From positions 65,286,001-65,350,000 of the forward strand of contig NC_042999.1 in NCBI RefSeq assembly GCF_006345805.1: a stretch of 64,000 nucleotides of DNA, written 5' to 3'. This document shows positions 52,241 through 64,000 of the stretch, one piece after another; position 1 is the stretch's first letter, and each line of letters opens with the position of its first letter. Source of the stretch: Octopus sinensis. Lineage: Eukaryota. Position numbers and translations under genes: made by a program. Under the pieces are notes generated by a model, which was given only the letters and a program-made list of their open reading frames with translations, had not been told where the DNA came from and searched no databases.

Positions 52241-53443
52241 TGTTGTTTTTATCTGTTACTGATTATGTTCTTTCCATTGTGATCGTTCTAGAGGTTTGGG
52301 TTTTGCAGCAAAGATGGTCGCGTGATCTGCTCTTTTAGCGCAAACAGGTGGTCTCTTTTAAAATACCTGTAGTATTTTAGCGTTTTCCTTCCAATATTAC
52401 CGAGATTTTAATACACAGGGCAAAATGCGTAGAGATATTTCGTCCGTCTTTTCGTGCTGAGCTCAGATTGCGTCGGGGTCGACCTTGCCCTTCATACTGT
52501 CGTGTTCGATAAAATATGTGACAGATGAAGACTGAGGTTGATGTAATCGACATAATCCTTCTCCCCAAATTGCTGGTCATGTGCCAAAATATGGAACCAA
52601 TATTACCCACATTTGCTCATGTGTTGAACTCGAATACGTTCGAGATATGGGCCAAACACTCAAGTGCCGCTAACACTTGGAACGTCCGGCACAATCGCAT
52701 TATTCTGCTGCAGAATAAATTTGAAAACTACAACCTTTCTATGATGTTCAAACCTCCGGCCTTCTAAAGGATCTGTCTAGTAGTGCAGTCGATGTAATCA
52801 ACTAAACATTTTCCTTAAAATTACTGGACGGGTACCAAAAAATAGAAGCAATTATTATTGAAGTAGTTGCCAACATCGTCGTAGGCGAGTTCTTTTTCAG
52901 TATAATCAAGCTGATTGGAAGCAGACGATAATTTTTCTCCTCTCTTTTGTCGTCAGATGTTGTCATGGCTACAAATTCTTCGTTGTCAGTAAAGCATATA
53001 TTTGACATTTTCATTTCTTTGTTGTCTCCCTCTTTGATTCTACTAAACTCTCATCCACTTCATGTGTGTCTTTTTAATCTGCTGTGAATGTCATTATTTC
53101 TTTAAACGAATGCGTGTTTTTTTTCTTTTGTTTTATCAAGGAAACTGACAAATGTGCAAGCAGTTGATACTCCGGTACAACGGGTATTGAGGAAAACGCT
53201 ACAATTCCCAAACGGGAAGTGGCTTCATTATTCTGTCAAATCGTTTTTCACAAAAACACATCCCATACTGTAAATAACAGTAAAACTCTATAAAAGATGA
53301 TAGAACTGAGATTCAGCATGCCTCAACAGTATTTTTAATAATAATAATGATTTCCAGTTTGGGCACAAAGCCAGTAATTTTGGAGAGAGGCGAAGTCGAT
53401 TACATCGAACTCAGTACTTAGCTGGTATTTATTTTACTTTATT

Positions 53444-54405
53444 GCAGCGGCGAGCTGGCAGAAACGTTAGCACGCCGGGCGAAATACTTAGTGGTATTTC
53501 ACCTGTTCAATTTACGCCGAGGTCGACTTTGCCTTTCATCCTTTCGGGGTCGATTAAATAAGTACCAGTTACACACTGGGTCGATATAATCGATCTAATC
53601 CGTTTGTCTGTCCTTGTTTGTCCCCTCTGTGTTTAGTTCCTTGTGGGTAGTAAAGAAACAGGTATTTATTTTATCGACCTCAAAATAATGGGCGCTAAAG
53701 TTGATCTCGGCAGAATTTGAACTCAAAGTGTAACCACAGACGAAATGCGACTAAGCATTTCATTCGGCGTGCTAATAACTCTGCCAGGATACCAGTGATA
53801 ATGCTAATCCTTTCTACTAATACACAGGGCCTCCAGTTTTATGGGAGGGGACCAGTCGATTACATCAAGCCCAGAGTTTCACTTGTCCTTAATTTATCGA
53901 CCCCCGAAAGGATGTAAGGTAAAGTCAACCTCGGCAGGATTTGAACTCAGAGCGAAGCGACAGACGAAATGCCGCCAAGCAGTTGGTAACGATTCAACCA
54001 GCTTATGGAACGTTAATGTGAAAAGAGGAATTTTCTGGGTGGGGATTCGTTGTCCCCTTTAATATTTGTTCTATGTTTCATCCCCCTCAGTTTAGTATTA
54101 GGGAATTAGTTCACAAATAATAAGGGAAAAATTAACCATTTGCTCTACATGGATGATCTGAAGCCTTTTAATGAAAATTTGTTTCCTTATAACCCACAAG
54201 GGGCTAAACATGGAGGGGCACAAGCAGGGACATTTAAAGGGATTAAGTCGATTACATAGACACCAGTGCGTAACTGGTACTTAATTTATCGACCCCGAAA
54301 GGATGAAAGGCAAAATCGACCTCAGCAGAATTTGAACTCAGAACGTAACGGCAGACGAAATACGGCTACGCATTTCGCCCGGCGTGCTAACGGTTCTGCC
54401 AGCTC
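53444..54405. mobile_element. Cluster of SINE family A copies (+ 53444-53663; - about 53665-53790, about 53850-53990, 54177-54405)
   Basis: Family A head, body and tail motifs in both orientations. Confidence 0.8.
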
Positions 54406-55030
54406 AGTCTCTTCAGCAAAGGTATAGGCATGGGATTTGGCATAGATAAGTGTACAATATTAGTCATGGAAGGGGACAGGTGGTCAACGGCGAAGGTATC
54501 CAATTACCAGATAGCTAGGCATTAAAATCATTGAAAGGAGGAGAGAATATTATGTATCTAGAAGTATTAGAACCTGACATGGTATTAACAGATATGAAAA
54601 CGAAAATTGAGAAGGAGTACATCAGAATTTAAAAAAAATTTATTTTATCTAGTTTCAGCTCACGAGCTGTGGCCATACTGGTGAGGAAGGTAAAGAAATC
54701 AGAGCTAAATGGTCCAGATCTAGGGAAGGCTGTAAATACTTGGACAGTATCATTACTTATATGCTCAGCAGCTCTTGTAGATTAGACTAAATCTGAATGA
54801 GCAAAGCTAGACAGAAGAACTGGGAAGGAATTCAATATGAATGGAGGACTCCACCCAAGGGAAGGAATAGCAAAATTATACTTGTCTAAAAAGTAAGGCG
54901 GAAGAAGGTTAATATCAGTAGAAGACTGCATGAAGCAAGCTAGAGTAGATATAGACTCCTATGTAGTAATAGTGAACAAAGTTTGTTAAAAGATGCTAGA
55001 TTCACAGCAAGTCATAGAGAAACCAAAATT
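54003..55030 (+). mobile_element. Second R4/Dong-like RT fragment, interrupted by a SINE
   Basis: VKRGIF/DSLSPLIFVLCFIPL, INHLLYMDDLK, MGFGIDKC, KSELNG...AVNTW, GGLHPR...LYL..GGRRLISVEDC. Confidence 0.85.
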
Positions 55031-55703
55031 CCAAACGAAATTAAAAACCCAGACTTAAAGGATAGAAATTATTTGACTGGCAGGGGCAGGTGTTGTATGG
55101 TAGATTCCCAAAAATAATTGCAGCAAATAGTAGTAGTGAGACATGATTGTTTTTGCAGAAAGGAAAAACCAATCCGAACTGTATGTCAGTTGATAATAGA
55201 GTAATACCTAGAATTCTTTGGAAAATTCCTAATAATAGCTTCACGAAGCTGCAATGGGAGATTAGATTTAATTTTTCTCCTGTGTGGAACAATTAGCCAA
55301 ATTGTTTTACTACTAGTTATCTTATTTTTAGTGTAATTAATTTTCAAAGACTTACATTTACCTTTAGAATGATAGTAGGGGATTAAATAAGGGTTATCTC
55401 CCTTCCTCCGTTTTGTTTCCGTATATAAATTAAAACTGATATCGTTAATTCCTTTACAACTAGATTTCATATCTACTTTGGTGAAGTTAGAATAAGACTG
55501 AATAGAATCAATGTAGATAATTTTCTCTGTATAACTTGCTTTAAGTAAGGCATAGTTATAAAATTCTACCTTTAAAAGAAGGAGCTACAACCTTTTTACT
55601 TCTGTGACTTTTTGCTTCCCTGGTAACTATTTATCTATTTTTTCCGTGTTAATTGTTAACAAGGTAAAAATACACTCATCTATTTATATGTATATATACA
55701 CAC

Positions 55704-56292
<589 letters not shown>

Positions 56293-57019
56293 GGTTATAA
56301 TTTTAACCTTTAAAGGTATTTTAATATGCTGCCACTTTTTTGATGAAATTTTTTTCTGTAAAAAAACGTCATCCTATATTAGTAGTATATATATATATAT
56401 ATATATATATATAAGTGTGTGTGTGTGTGTGTGTGTGTGCATGTGTGTATCTATGTATGCATTTTCTGAAACCCCACGAGCAAAAGAGAAGCTTTCTAGC
56501 TTTCTAGAGACGAATACCGTAGTTTTCACGCTTTCAACTTTGATATCATCTGTTTATGCGAGAAGGTGTACTTTTAAGAAGACTTGGCTCCGATCTTGCT
56601 AACCAAGTGGATCACCTCGCTGGCAAGAAGTAATTTACAATTTATAATTAAGTGGGTCATTTTGTAACAAATTTACAGGACGGAAATGAGACTGTCTGAA
56701 TCAAATAATTTCCTGAAGAGCACTACCAGCTATATTGAATTGAGCTGCATTGGCATCAGACAGGAACGGAAACTAGAATACTGATGCCGAATGATATTTA
56801 AAGATGCAACATTAATTAATTATTTTTTGAAGTATAAATTGATTTTGAAACTCCTTATAACAAGGAAAATCTGACTGATTAACGGACAATTTCATAAGCG
56901 ATATCAGAAGACGAGGAGTTGGTAGTTTAAGAAAATAAAGAAACATGCACCACCGCCTCACATAGTTATGTGTATATGTCTCTCTCTCTCTCTTTCTCTG
57001 TGTATATATATATATATAT

Positions 57020-57079
<60 letters not shown>

Positions 57080-58159
57080 ATGATTGCATGTATGCGTTTG
57101 ATTTTCTATAAATTTCAACTATATATATATATATATATATAAATATATATATATCATACATATGCGTGTACAAAATAATAATCTAAGTATGTACATAAAT
57201 TCCTTACCTTTTATTGTCTCTCTCTCTATGTCTGTGTACGTGTGTGTGTATGCCTGTCTGTCTATGGTTGTGTCTGTATCTGCGTAAGTGTCTGAGTGTT
57301 TGTGTGCGTTAGTCAACCTACAGGATTCAAAATACTTTCATATTGTTTGTCTTTGTGTTCATTATTTCTCTCTTGGCAATCATGATAGACATTTCATTCT
57401 CTAATGAGAGACAGTTAATTAATTGCCGACCTAAATCTTGACGGACATTAATCTTGTAAACTCTGACCCTGCTGATCTATCACTTAGCAGTTATGATATG
57501 TTTGCAACACAGGGAATTCCTTTCCGTCCATTTAAATTCGTCTCTATTTACAGAGATTCCATTTATTCTTCTCTTGAGCGCTTTCATACTTCTTTTATAC
57601 AAGTATTTACGTATACTCAGTGGACTAAATTGTGGTTACAGTCATCATCAAGCGTTAACAGCGTTCATGTAATGTGTATGTGCGTTACTGTGCCTCACAG
57701 AATTCCGATTTTGTGTTTTGTATGAGTACTGATTGGTGGACAACACCGATCGCATTTCTGTCAAATGTTTCTAACTGTAATATACAACTAATCCCATTTT
57801 ATAAGAGTGTATACCGATCGAAAATTATTTCTAGATGTCTAGAATAAATTGTATTTGTATTATAATATTGGGAATTATAATATTTTAAGAACAAGTCAAC
57901 GATATAATTGTCGTGTTGTTGATGCATTTAAAAATGCTCTTCACAACTGTTAATCTGTGTGTTACATAATACAAATTAAAATTGACACTGATAGGAATAT
58001 TGTATAGTGACTGTTATTTAATGAATGAGAAATTTGGTTATTTCTAAATAAATTTGAGTAGACAGCACGAGATACACACGCGCGCACACACACACACTCG
58101 AGCACACACACACGCGTATGTATGTATATATGTATGTATGTATAAATAAAGACCCCCTT

Positions 58160-58850
58160 CGGTCATGAATGACCATGGGATGGCACCCAGAAGGTTCCCC
58201 TCTCAGGCACAAGTCCGGGCAAAGTTGTTTTTGAAAGACTAGCAGTTGCCCATGCATACCAGCATCCACTCTCCACGCCACCAGTGTTATCCAAGATAAG
58301 GACAAAGGCCGAGACAGCTTGGCACCAGTGACGTCCTGACACATTTCTACATCTCAGTGAACTGGGACAACGTGAAATAAGGTCTCTTGCTCAAAAACAC
58401 AATACAGCATGGTCCGGCTGCCTCATGATGGCATGTATGTATACATGTATATATATTCTTTATTCATTTACTCGTTTCAGTCATTTGACTCCGGCCATGC
58501 TGGGGCACCGCCTTTTTAGTCAAACAAATCAACTCTAGGACTTAGTGTTTGTAAGCCTAGTACTTATTCTATCGGTTCATTTGCCGAACCGCTAGGTTAT
58601 GGAGACGTAAACACACCAGCATCGGTTGTCAAGTTAAGGTAGGGAGTTTGTAGAAGTGTTAGCACACTTCTGTGTAGAATGCTTAGTGGTATTTTACCTG
58701 TCTTTGCGTTCTGGGTTCAAATGACGCCGGGATCGACTTTGACTTTCACCCCTTTCTGGTTCGATAAAATAAGTAACACTTGAGCACTGGGGTCGATGTA
58801 ATTGCCTTAGTCACTCACTTGAAATTTCTGACTTTGCGCCAAAATTTAAA
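58160..58850. mobile_element. Adjacent SINE remnants (a further family at 58160-58400, family B tail - at 58470-58640, family A + at 58660-58850)
   Basis: Family A and B motifs are shared with other copies in the window; the first segment has a CTTGCTCAA..AACACAA motif like family D. Confidence 0.6.
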
Positions 58851-59679
58851 ACTAATTTAGTCTATAAGTTGATGGCTATAATTTGTCAGCGAAAAATTGG
58901 CAGGTAATTGATCCGTTACTTTGTGTTCGGAGTTTGAAATTCCTCCCTAACCCACATCGCTGACAGATTTAAGTCGGTGTTGGGCTTAACACCATCATCT
59001 GGCAATTCGGTTGTGCTTTAGCGGACTCCTATCGATTGCAAGCATTTTGTCCAGGTTTTTCAGTTTGAAGACAACTTTTTTTCTCTCTTGTTCTACAGGG
59101 TAGGGAATATTTTGGAAGCCATATTTTTCATATATTCCTGAGCGTAAATACTAAAATATTGTTTTCTGTTTCAGAGTGGCGGTATATAGAGTTAATTTAG
59201 TCAAAGGTTGCAGTCAAACAATATAACATGTCCACTTAAGAAGCCCAGACAACGTATTGTAGATTTGCTTCGTGTCGGGGTTGCAATTACACGTATTGCT
59301 CAGACTGTTGAGGCCTTTGTAAGCACTGTAAAGAAGCAAGGAAGCGGAGACATAGTTAAATGGAACGGGTAGTGCATTTCTTAAAATCTCTCACAGCCAA
59401 AATTTCGAAAGACTCAACAACTACCATGAGAAAACTGTCCATGGACATGAAAGTTCATCCAAAGATCACCAGAAATGCTGTACACACTGATTTACATTTG
59501 CTGTCATACGTGAGGACCCCGAGACACCTATTGACACATGCAATAAAAACCAAGAGGCATGGAAGGGCCAAAAATTGTTGCGATACCTGAAGCCCAATGG
59601 ACAAACCTTTAACATTTTTCAGGTGAAAATGCCTTTACTGTTGATGCTTTGTTTTTCTGTTTGTTTGTTGAGTGTAGCG

Positions 59680-59934
59680 GCCTTCGTCCCTTAGTGGGAG
59701 TAGTTCGAAACGTGGTCCTTTGCTATTCGTAAGACCCGTAGAAGAGAAAGCAGGTCAAGCCCCGACACCGAGAGCATCGACGGATGGATGGATGCGCATC
59801 CCGTCTCAACGGTTGCGTCGGAAGTCGGGGACCAGAAACAGGAAGAAAGAGTGAGAGAAAGTTGGAGGGAAAGAATACAACACGGGTCGCCACCCCACCC
59901 CCCGCCTGCCGGGGGCCCGTGGAGCTTTAGGTGT
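59680..59934 (-). mobile_element. SINE family C tail type 2 (5'-truncated), inside the maT element
   Basis: Reverse complement of the 29280-29500 sequence. Confidence 0.8.
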
Positions 59935-60300
59935 ATGTGTGTGTGTGTGGGGGGACTGACGTTTATTACAAAGTCCTGCGGTATAAGGTTTAGCCTTGGA
60001 TGGAGTCTAACTGCCCCAACGGTAATTATGTGTTGACTGAAGATGGTTCCCCTGGTCATACGGCGAAGAAAGTGCAGAAATTCTGCAAAGACAACTTCGC
60101 CGACGTTTGGTCTGTCAACTTCTAGCTTTCTTCCAGTGCAGGCTTGAATTCCCTGGACTATGCCGTTTGGGGCAAAATGCAGTACACTACCAAGAGAACT
60201 TCACATCTAAGTCTTGATGATTTTAAGCAAATCTTGAGAGAAGACTGAGACAACATATCTGATTACGTCATCATGAAGAGCTGTCACGCCATCAGGCGGC

Positions 60301-60440
60301 GTGTGAAGGCTGTGGTGGACAATGGAGGCAGACGTATTGAATAAATTGTTTATCTATACCCTATAGACTTGTGTGAAGGCTGTGGTGGACAATGGAGGCA
60401 GACATATTGAATAAATTGTTTATTTATACCCTATAGACTT
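60301..60440 (+). repeat. 70-bp tandem duplication of the maT transposase stop region
   Basis: 60301-60370 and 60371-60440 differ at 2 positions. Confidence 0.9.
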
Positions 60441-60972
60441 GTGTGAAAATTACATTTAGGTAGCTGGTTGTTGTAATATAAACAATTTGGTGAATAATCT
60501 ATTATTTTCCAAGTTTTGCTTTCCCACCCTGCAGATTCAGAAGCATTGTAATGCGTTATGCGTAATGCATTCCCTTCTGACAAAAGAACGAAAAATTTTA
60601 ATGTATACAGGAAAGTATACATGTGCATAAACGTGCCCATATTGTGTTGTCGGTGTAAATTCACATTTACTCATATCCAAGAGATGCAAAGCATTTATAA
60701 CAATGCAAGAGACCTGCACCAAGTAACATATAACGCAATAGTTCATATGCTTGACATGAAATTAAAAGTAAACACGATGTTCCCGATAGAATAATAGAGA
60801 AACTCGAAAGAGTTAGCTTCGTTTTCTATTTGGTTTCTAATTCGTGTGTTTATTATTATTGGTGTAAGAAACCTCCCAAAACATAAAAAAACTTAGATTA
60901 TTTTTTAATCATCAGTATTTATACATATAAACATACATATATACATTCATATACGTATATGCAATAGGTACA

Positions 60973-61030
<58 letters not shown>

Positions 61031-61593
61031 TTATTTATTTTCTTTATTTTCTCTCTCTTGTTTCATTTTGTATTACTTTCTGTGGAATGTCAAAGACTTG
61101 TTCACACCCCAGCGTTATACTAATACATCTGTATGTTGTCTACACCACATGTCTTCGTCTTTTGTTTTTTTTGTGAATTCTCCCTACGTATATACACGTA
61201 TGTGTTTTATATGGGCTTAAATATTGCTTCTCAATCATTAATTCCCGAGTTCGATTCTATAGCGAGGGTTTATATGCAATATTATTTTACCGTAGTCTCA
61301 TGTCATTCCTCGTTCTGTGGCTGAAAATACTGCAAGAAAACTATAGGACCATAATATACATGTTTATAATGGCTACTTTGTCACAAAATATGTCAGATTA
61401 ATAATACCTGAACATTACGTGACGTGGAATATTCAGACGACGACACAAAAATTCTATGACAGTTGATGGGTTGGCTGGTCTATCAACTGGAATAGGCATC
61501 ATCGAATTCCACGTAGATCAATTTTACTCTGTGTGTATGCACACATGTATTTATGCACATATGTATGTATGTTTATATGTATGCATACACACA

Positions 61594-61639
<46 letters not shown>

Positions 61640-61687
61640 TAAATGTGTGTCTGCGCGTACGTATATGTATATCTATCTATCTATCTA

Positions 61688-61744
<57 letters not shown>

Positions 61745-61752
61745 AATATATA

Positions 61753-61795
<43 letters not shown>

Positions 61796-62336
61796 ACACA
61801 CACACATATATATATATATATACACATTCACACAAATACTCTCATACATATATTCATATCCATGTTTATGGATATATGCATATGTACGTGTAGGTGTGTC
61901 TGTGTGCGCAAATCTGTGCGTGTATATCAAAACTTATCTTTCCCTTTTGACAACTACAATTACATTCTGTATTCCGCATCAACGGAAAATTCCAGAGAAG
62001 CAAAACACAAACACAACTAAATATACTTTCGATATTTGGCACATTTTCTCCAGAAGAATTGTTGGATTTATTTCTATTCATGAGGGGGTTTACATTCTTT
62101 TTATTGCTTTTTTTAATCATATATGTGGAATATAAAAAAAATTTTGAAGGACTTCTTCTGTTACGGATTTTTATACAAAATACTATAGATCTGTTGGAGT
62201 AAAAATGCTGTTTTAATACTTCCTGACGGTTTTATTGTATGAATCTAAAAATGATTTTTTTCTGCTTTAACAATTGCTAAATTCTGCAAGACTTGAGTGT
62301 GAGACCTTTGTACGCGGGGGAAGAACGAGTCACGAA

Positions 62337-62386
<50 letters not shown>

Positions 62387-62502
62387 ATGTGTGAAGTACA
62401 TATACATACATATATATATATGTATAAACACACACATACACACACACACACAAACACACACGCACACACACAAACACACACACACACAAACCACACACAC
62501 AC

Positions 62503-62552
<50 letters not shown>

Positions 62553-63407
62553 TATTTATTCAAATGCTTCAATTGGAACATATTATTTCTGTATTGTCCA
62601 AATGTATTTTTCTACCATAAATTTACGTAAAAATATATACATATGAAAATTTCTTCAGCAGGTGCCTTGTTGTGAACAGTCTGAGAGCATTGTTTATATT
62701 ATTTTTTCAATTTTTTTTTTATATCCATAAGCCTTTTGCTAAATTTTTGCTTGAAGAAATTTATCTGCGAAATATTTATTCATCTCGCTAATATTATACA
62801 AGCTCTTCTACAGAAAGGGACAGAAAAAACAAGGAGAGAAAAAAATGTGTGTAGTGGCTAACGATCTATCATGGCGACTGACTTCGGACGGAAGAGTCAC
62901 ACACGAGAGGTAAGAAGTAGGGGAGATAACAAGGTAAAGATGATCCCCAACACGAAGGTGCGTGTATAAGAGAGTATGTATGTGCGTGTGAAAGAGGGCT
63001 GGTGGTCTGGACGTGCGCGTGTATGTATGAGTAGGTATGTGGGTGGTGTGTTGTGATGTGATGTGTAAAGTTGTATGGTGTAGTGTGGTGTGGTGTGATG
63101 TTGTTGGGAGGTGGGGGAAGCGAGACTGGGGAAAGCACGGGTGGGGTGTGGGTTCGGCTCAGGGTTGGTGTAGAGTTGGGGCTTCCGGGTAGGTATAGGG
63201 TGGGGGTAGAGGTGGTGTATGTGGGAGAGGGTGGGTGGCATAGGATGGAGAGATGGGAAGGATAGGGAAGGTGGTATAGGAATGTCTCTATCTCTCTCTC
63301 TCTCTCTATCTATCTATGAGTGTCTACGTCTGTGTCTATAATACAACTGTGAATATATAGTTACATGCATATTCCTATATATATATATCTATATCTATAT
63401 CTATCTA

Positions 63408-63467
<60 letters not shown>

Positions 63468-64000
63468 AATCTATCTATCTATCTATCTCTATCTATCTAT
63501 CTATCTATCTATCTCTATCTATCTATCTATCTATCCATCTCTCTATGAGTTTCTACGTGTGTGTCTATAATACAACTGTAAATATTTCGTTGCATGCATA
63601 TTCCTTGCATCGAATGAATATACCCCGACAAGATCGCCCACAATATTTAACTGCCTAAATTATCCGTCGAGGGCATAGTTATTCCATTGAATCGATCCAG
63701 AAACTTCATGGATCGAACATAAAACAATTAAACATACCACTCCACTAGTTTCATTTGTTTACCTCCATCTGCACTTCATAAAGAGCGTTATTTTGTGAGA
63801 TTCTTCAGCCCATGGTTTCAGTTTCATTTCCAATTCACAGTACAGCGCAATGGACAATGGTTTTCGAACACAGCATCGAAACAGCCATTGCCTTGTATAA
63901 AAGTGAATGAATTTTGTATAGAAACTATGAGAAGTATATTATATATATATATATATATATATTCTTGGTAAGAAGTTTGCTTAACAACAATAGAGTTACG

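Larger units (their letters stand above)
59096..60531 (+). mobile_element. maT (DD37D) transposon, transposase pseudogene
   Basis: TA then CAGGGTAGGGAA 5' TIR; 3' end TTTCCCACCCTG; MRKLSMDMKV, SYVRTPRHLLT, EDGSPGHTAKKVQ...LNSLDYAVWG with 37 residues between the D residues; internal stops; SINE insertion. Confidence 0.88.

Noticed and set aside
57438-57725. 95-aa ORF containing an acceptor-like TCTCTATTTACAG
   Set aside because: No homology recognised and no partner exons found.
62990-63280. G/T-rich tract with G-runs (possible G-quadruplex)
   Set aside because: Low-complexity degenerate GT/GGT repeat with no independent sign of function.
63311-63604. Approximately 65-bp direct repeat flanking a compound microsatellite
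   Set aside because: Most simply a local tandem duplication followed by microsatellite expansion.

Overview
AT-rich, repeat-dense eukaryotic DNA that is intergenic or deep-intronic; I could not identify any host protein-coding exon. The SINE set and the (TA)n/(TATC)n/(AAT)n load look like a coleoid cephalopod, most likely Octopus (inference from recalled repeat families, not from a search). Most ORFs in the supplied track are microsatellite artefacts. Decayed mobile elements present: a mariner 5' half, a DD36E Tc1, a DD37D maT, a Helitron-type non-autonomous element, two R4/Dong-like, two CR1-like, RTE-like and Tx1/L1-like retroposon fragments, and many tRNA-derived SINEs. Two things stand out. 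(1) Five intact-looking type I hammerhead ribozyme cores at four loci (4.06, 25.1, 25.5, 35.8, 50.5 kb). Each lies in non-coding DNA next to a direct or fold-back terminal repeat, as expected for non-autonomous Penelope-type or retrozyme units. (2) A 2.04-kb TSD-flanked retroelement that encodes only an ORF1/gag-like protein (HAL1-like), inserted into a SINE head. All structures were folded by eye and coordinates counted by hand; none was validated computationally.
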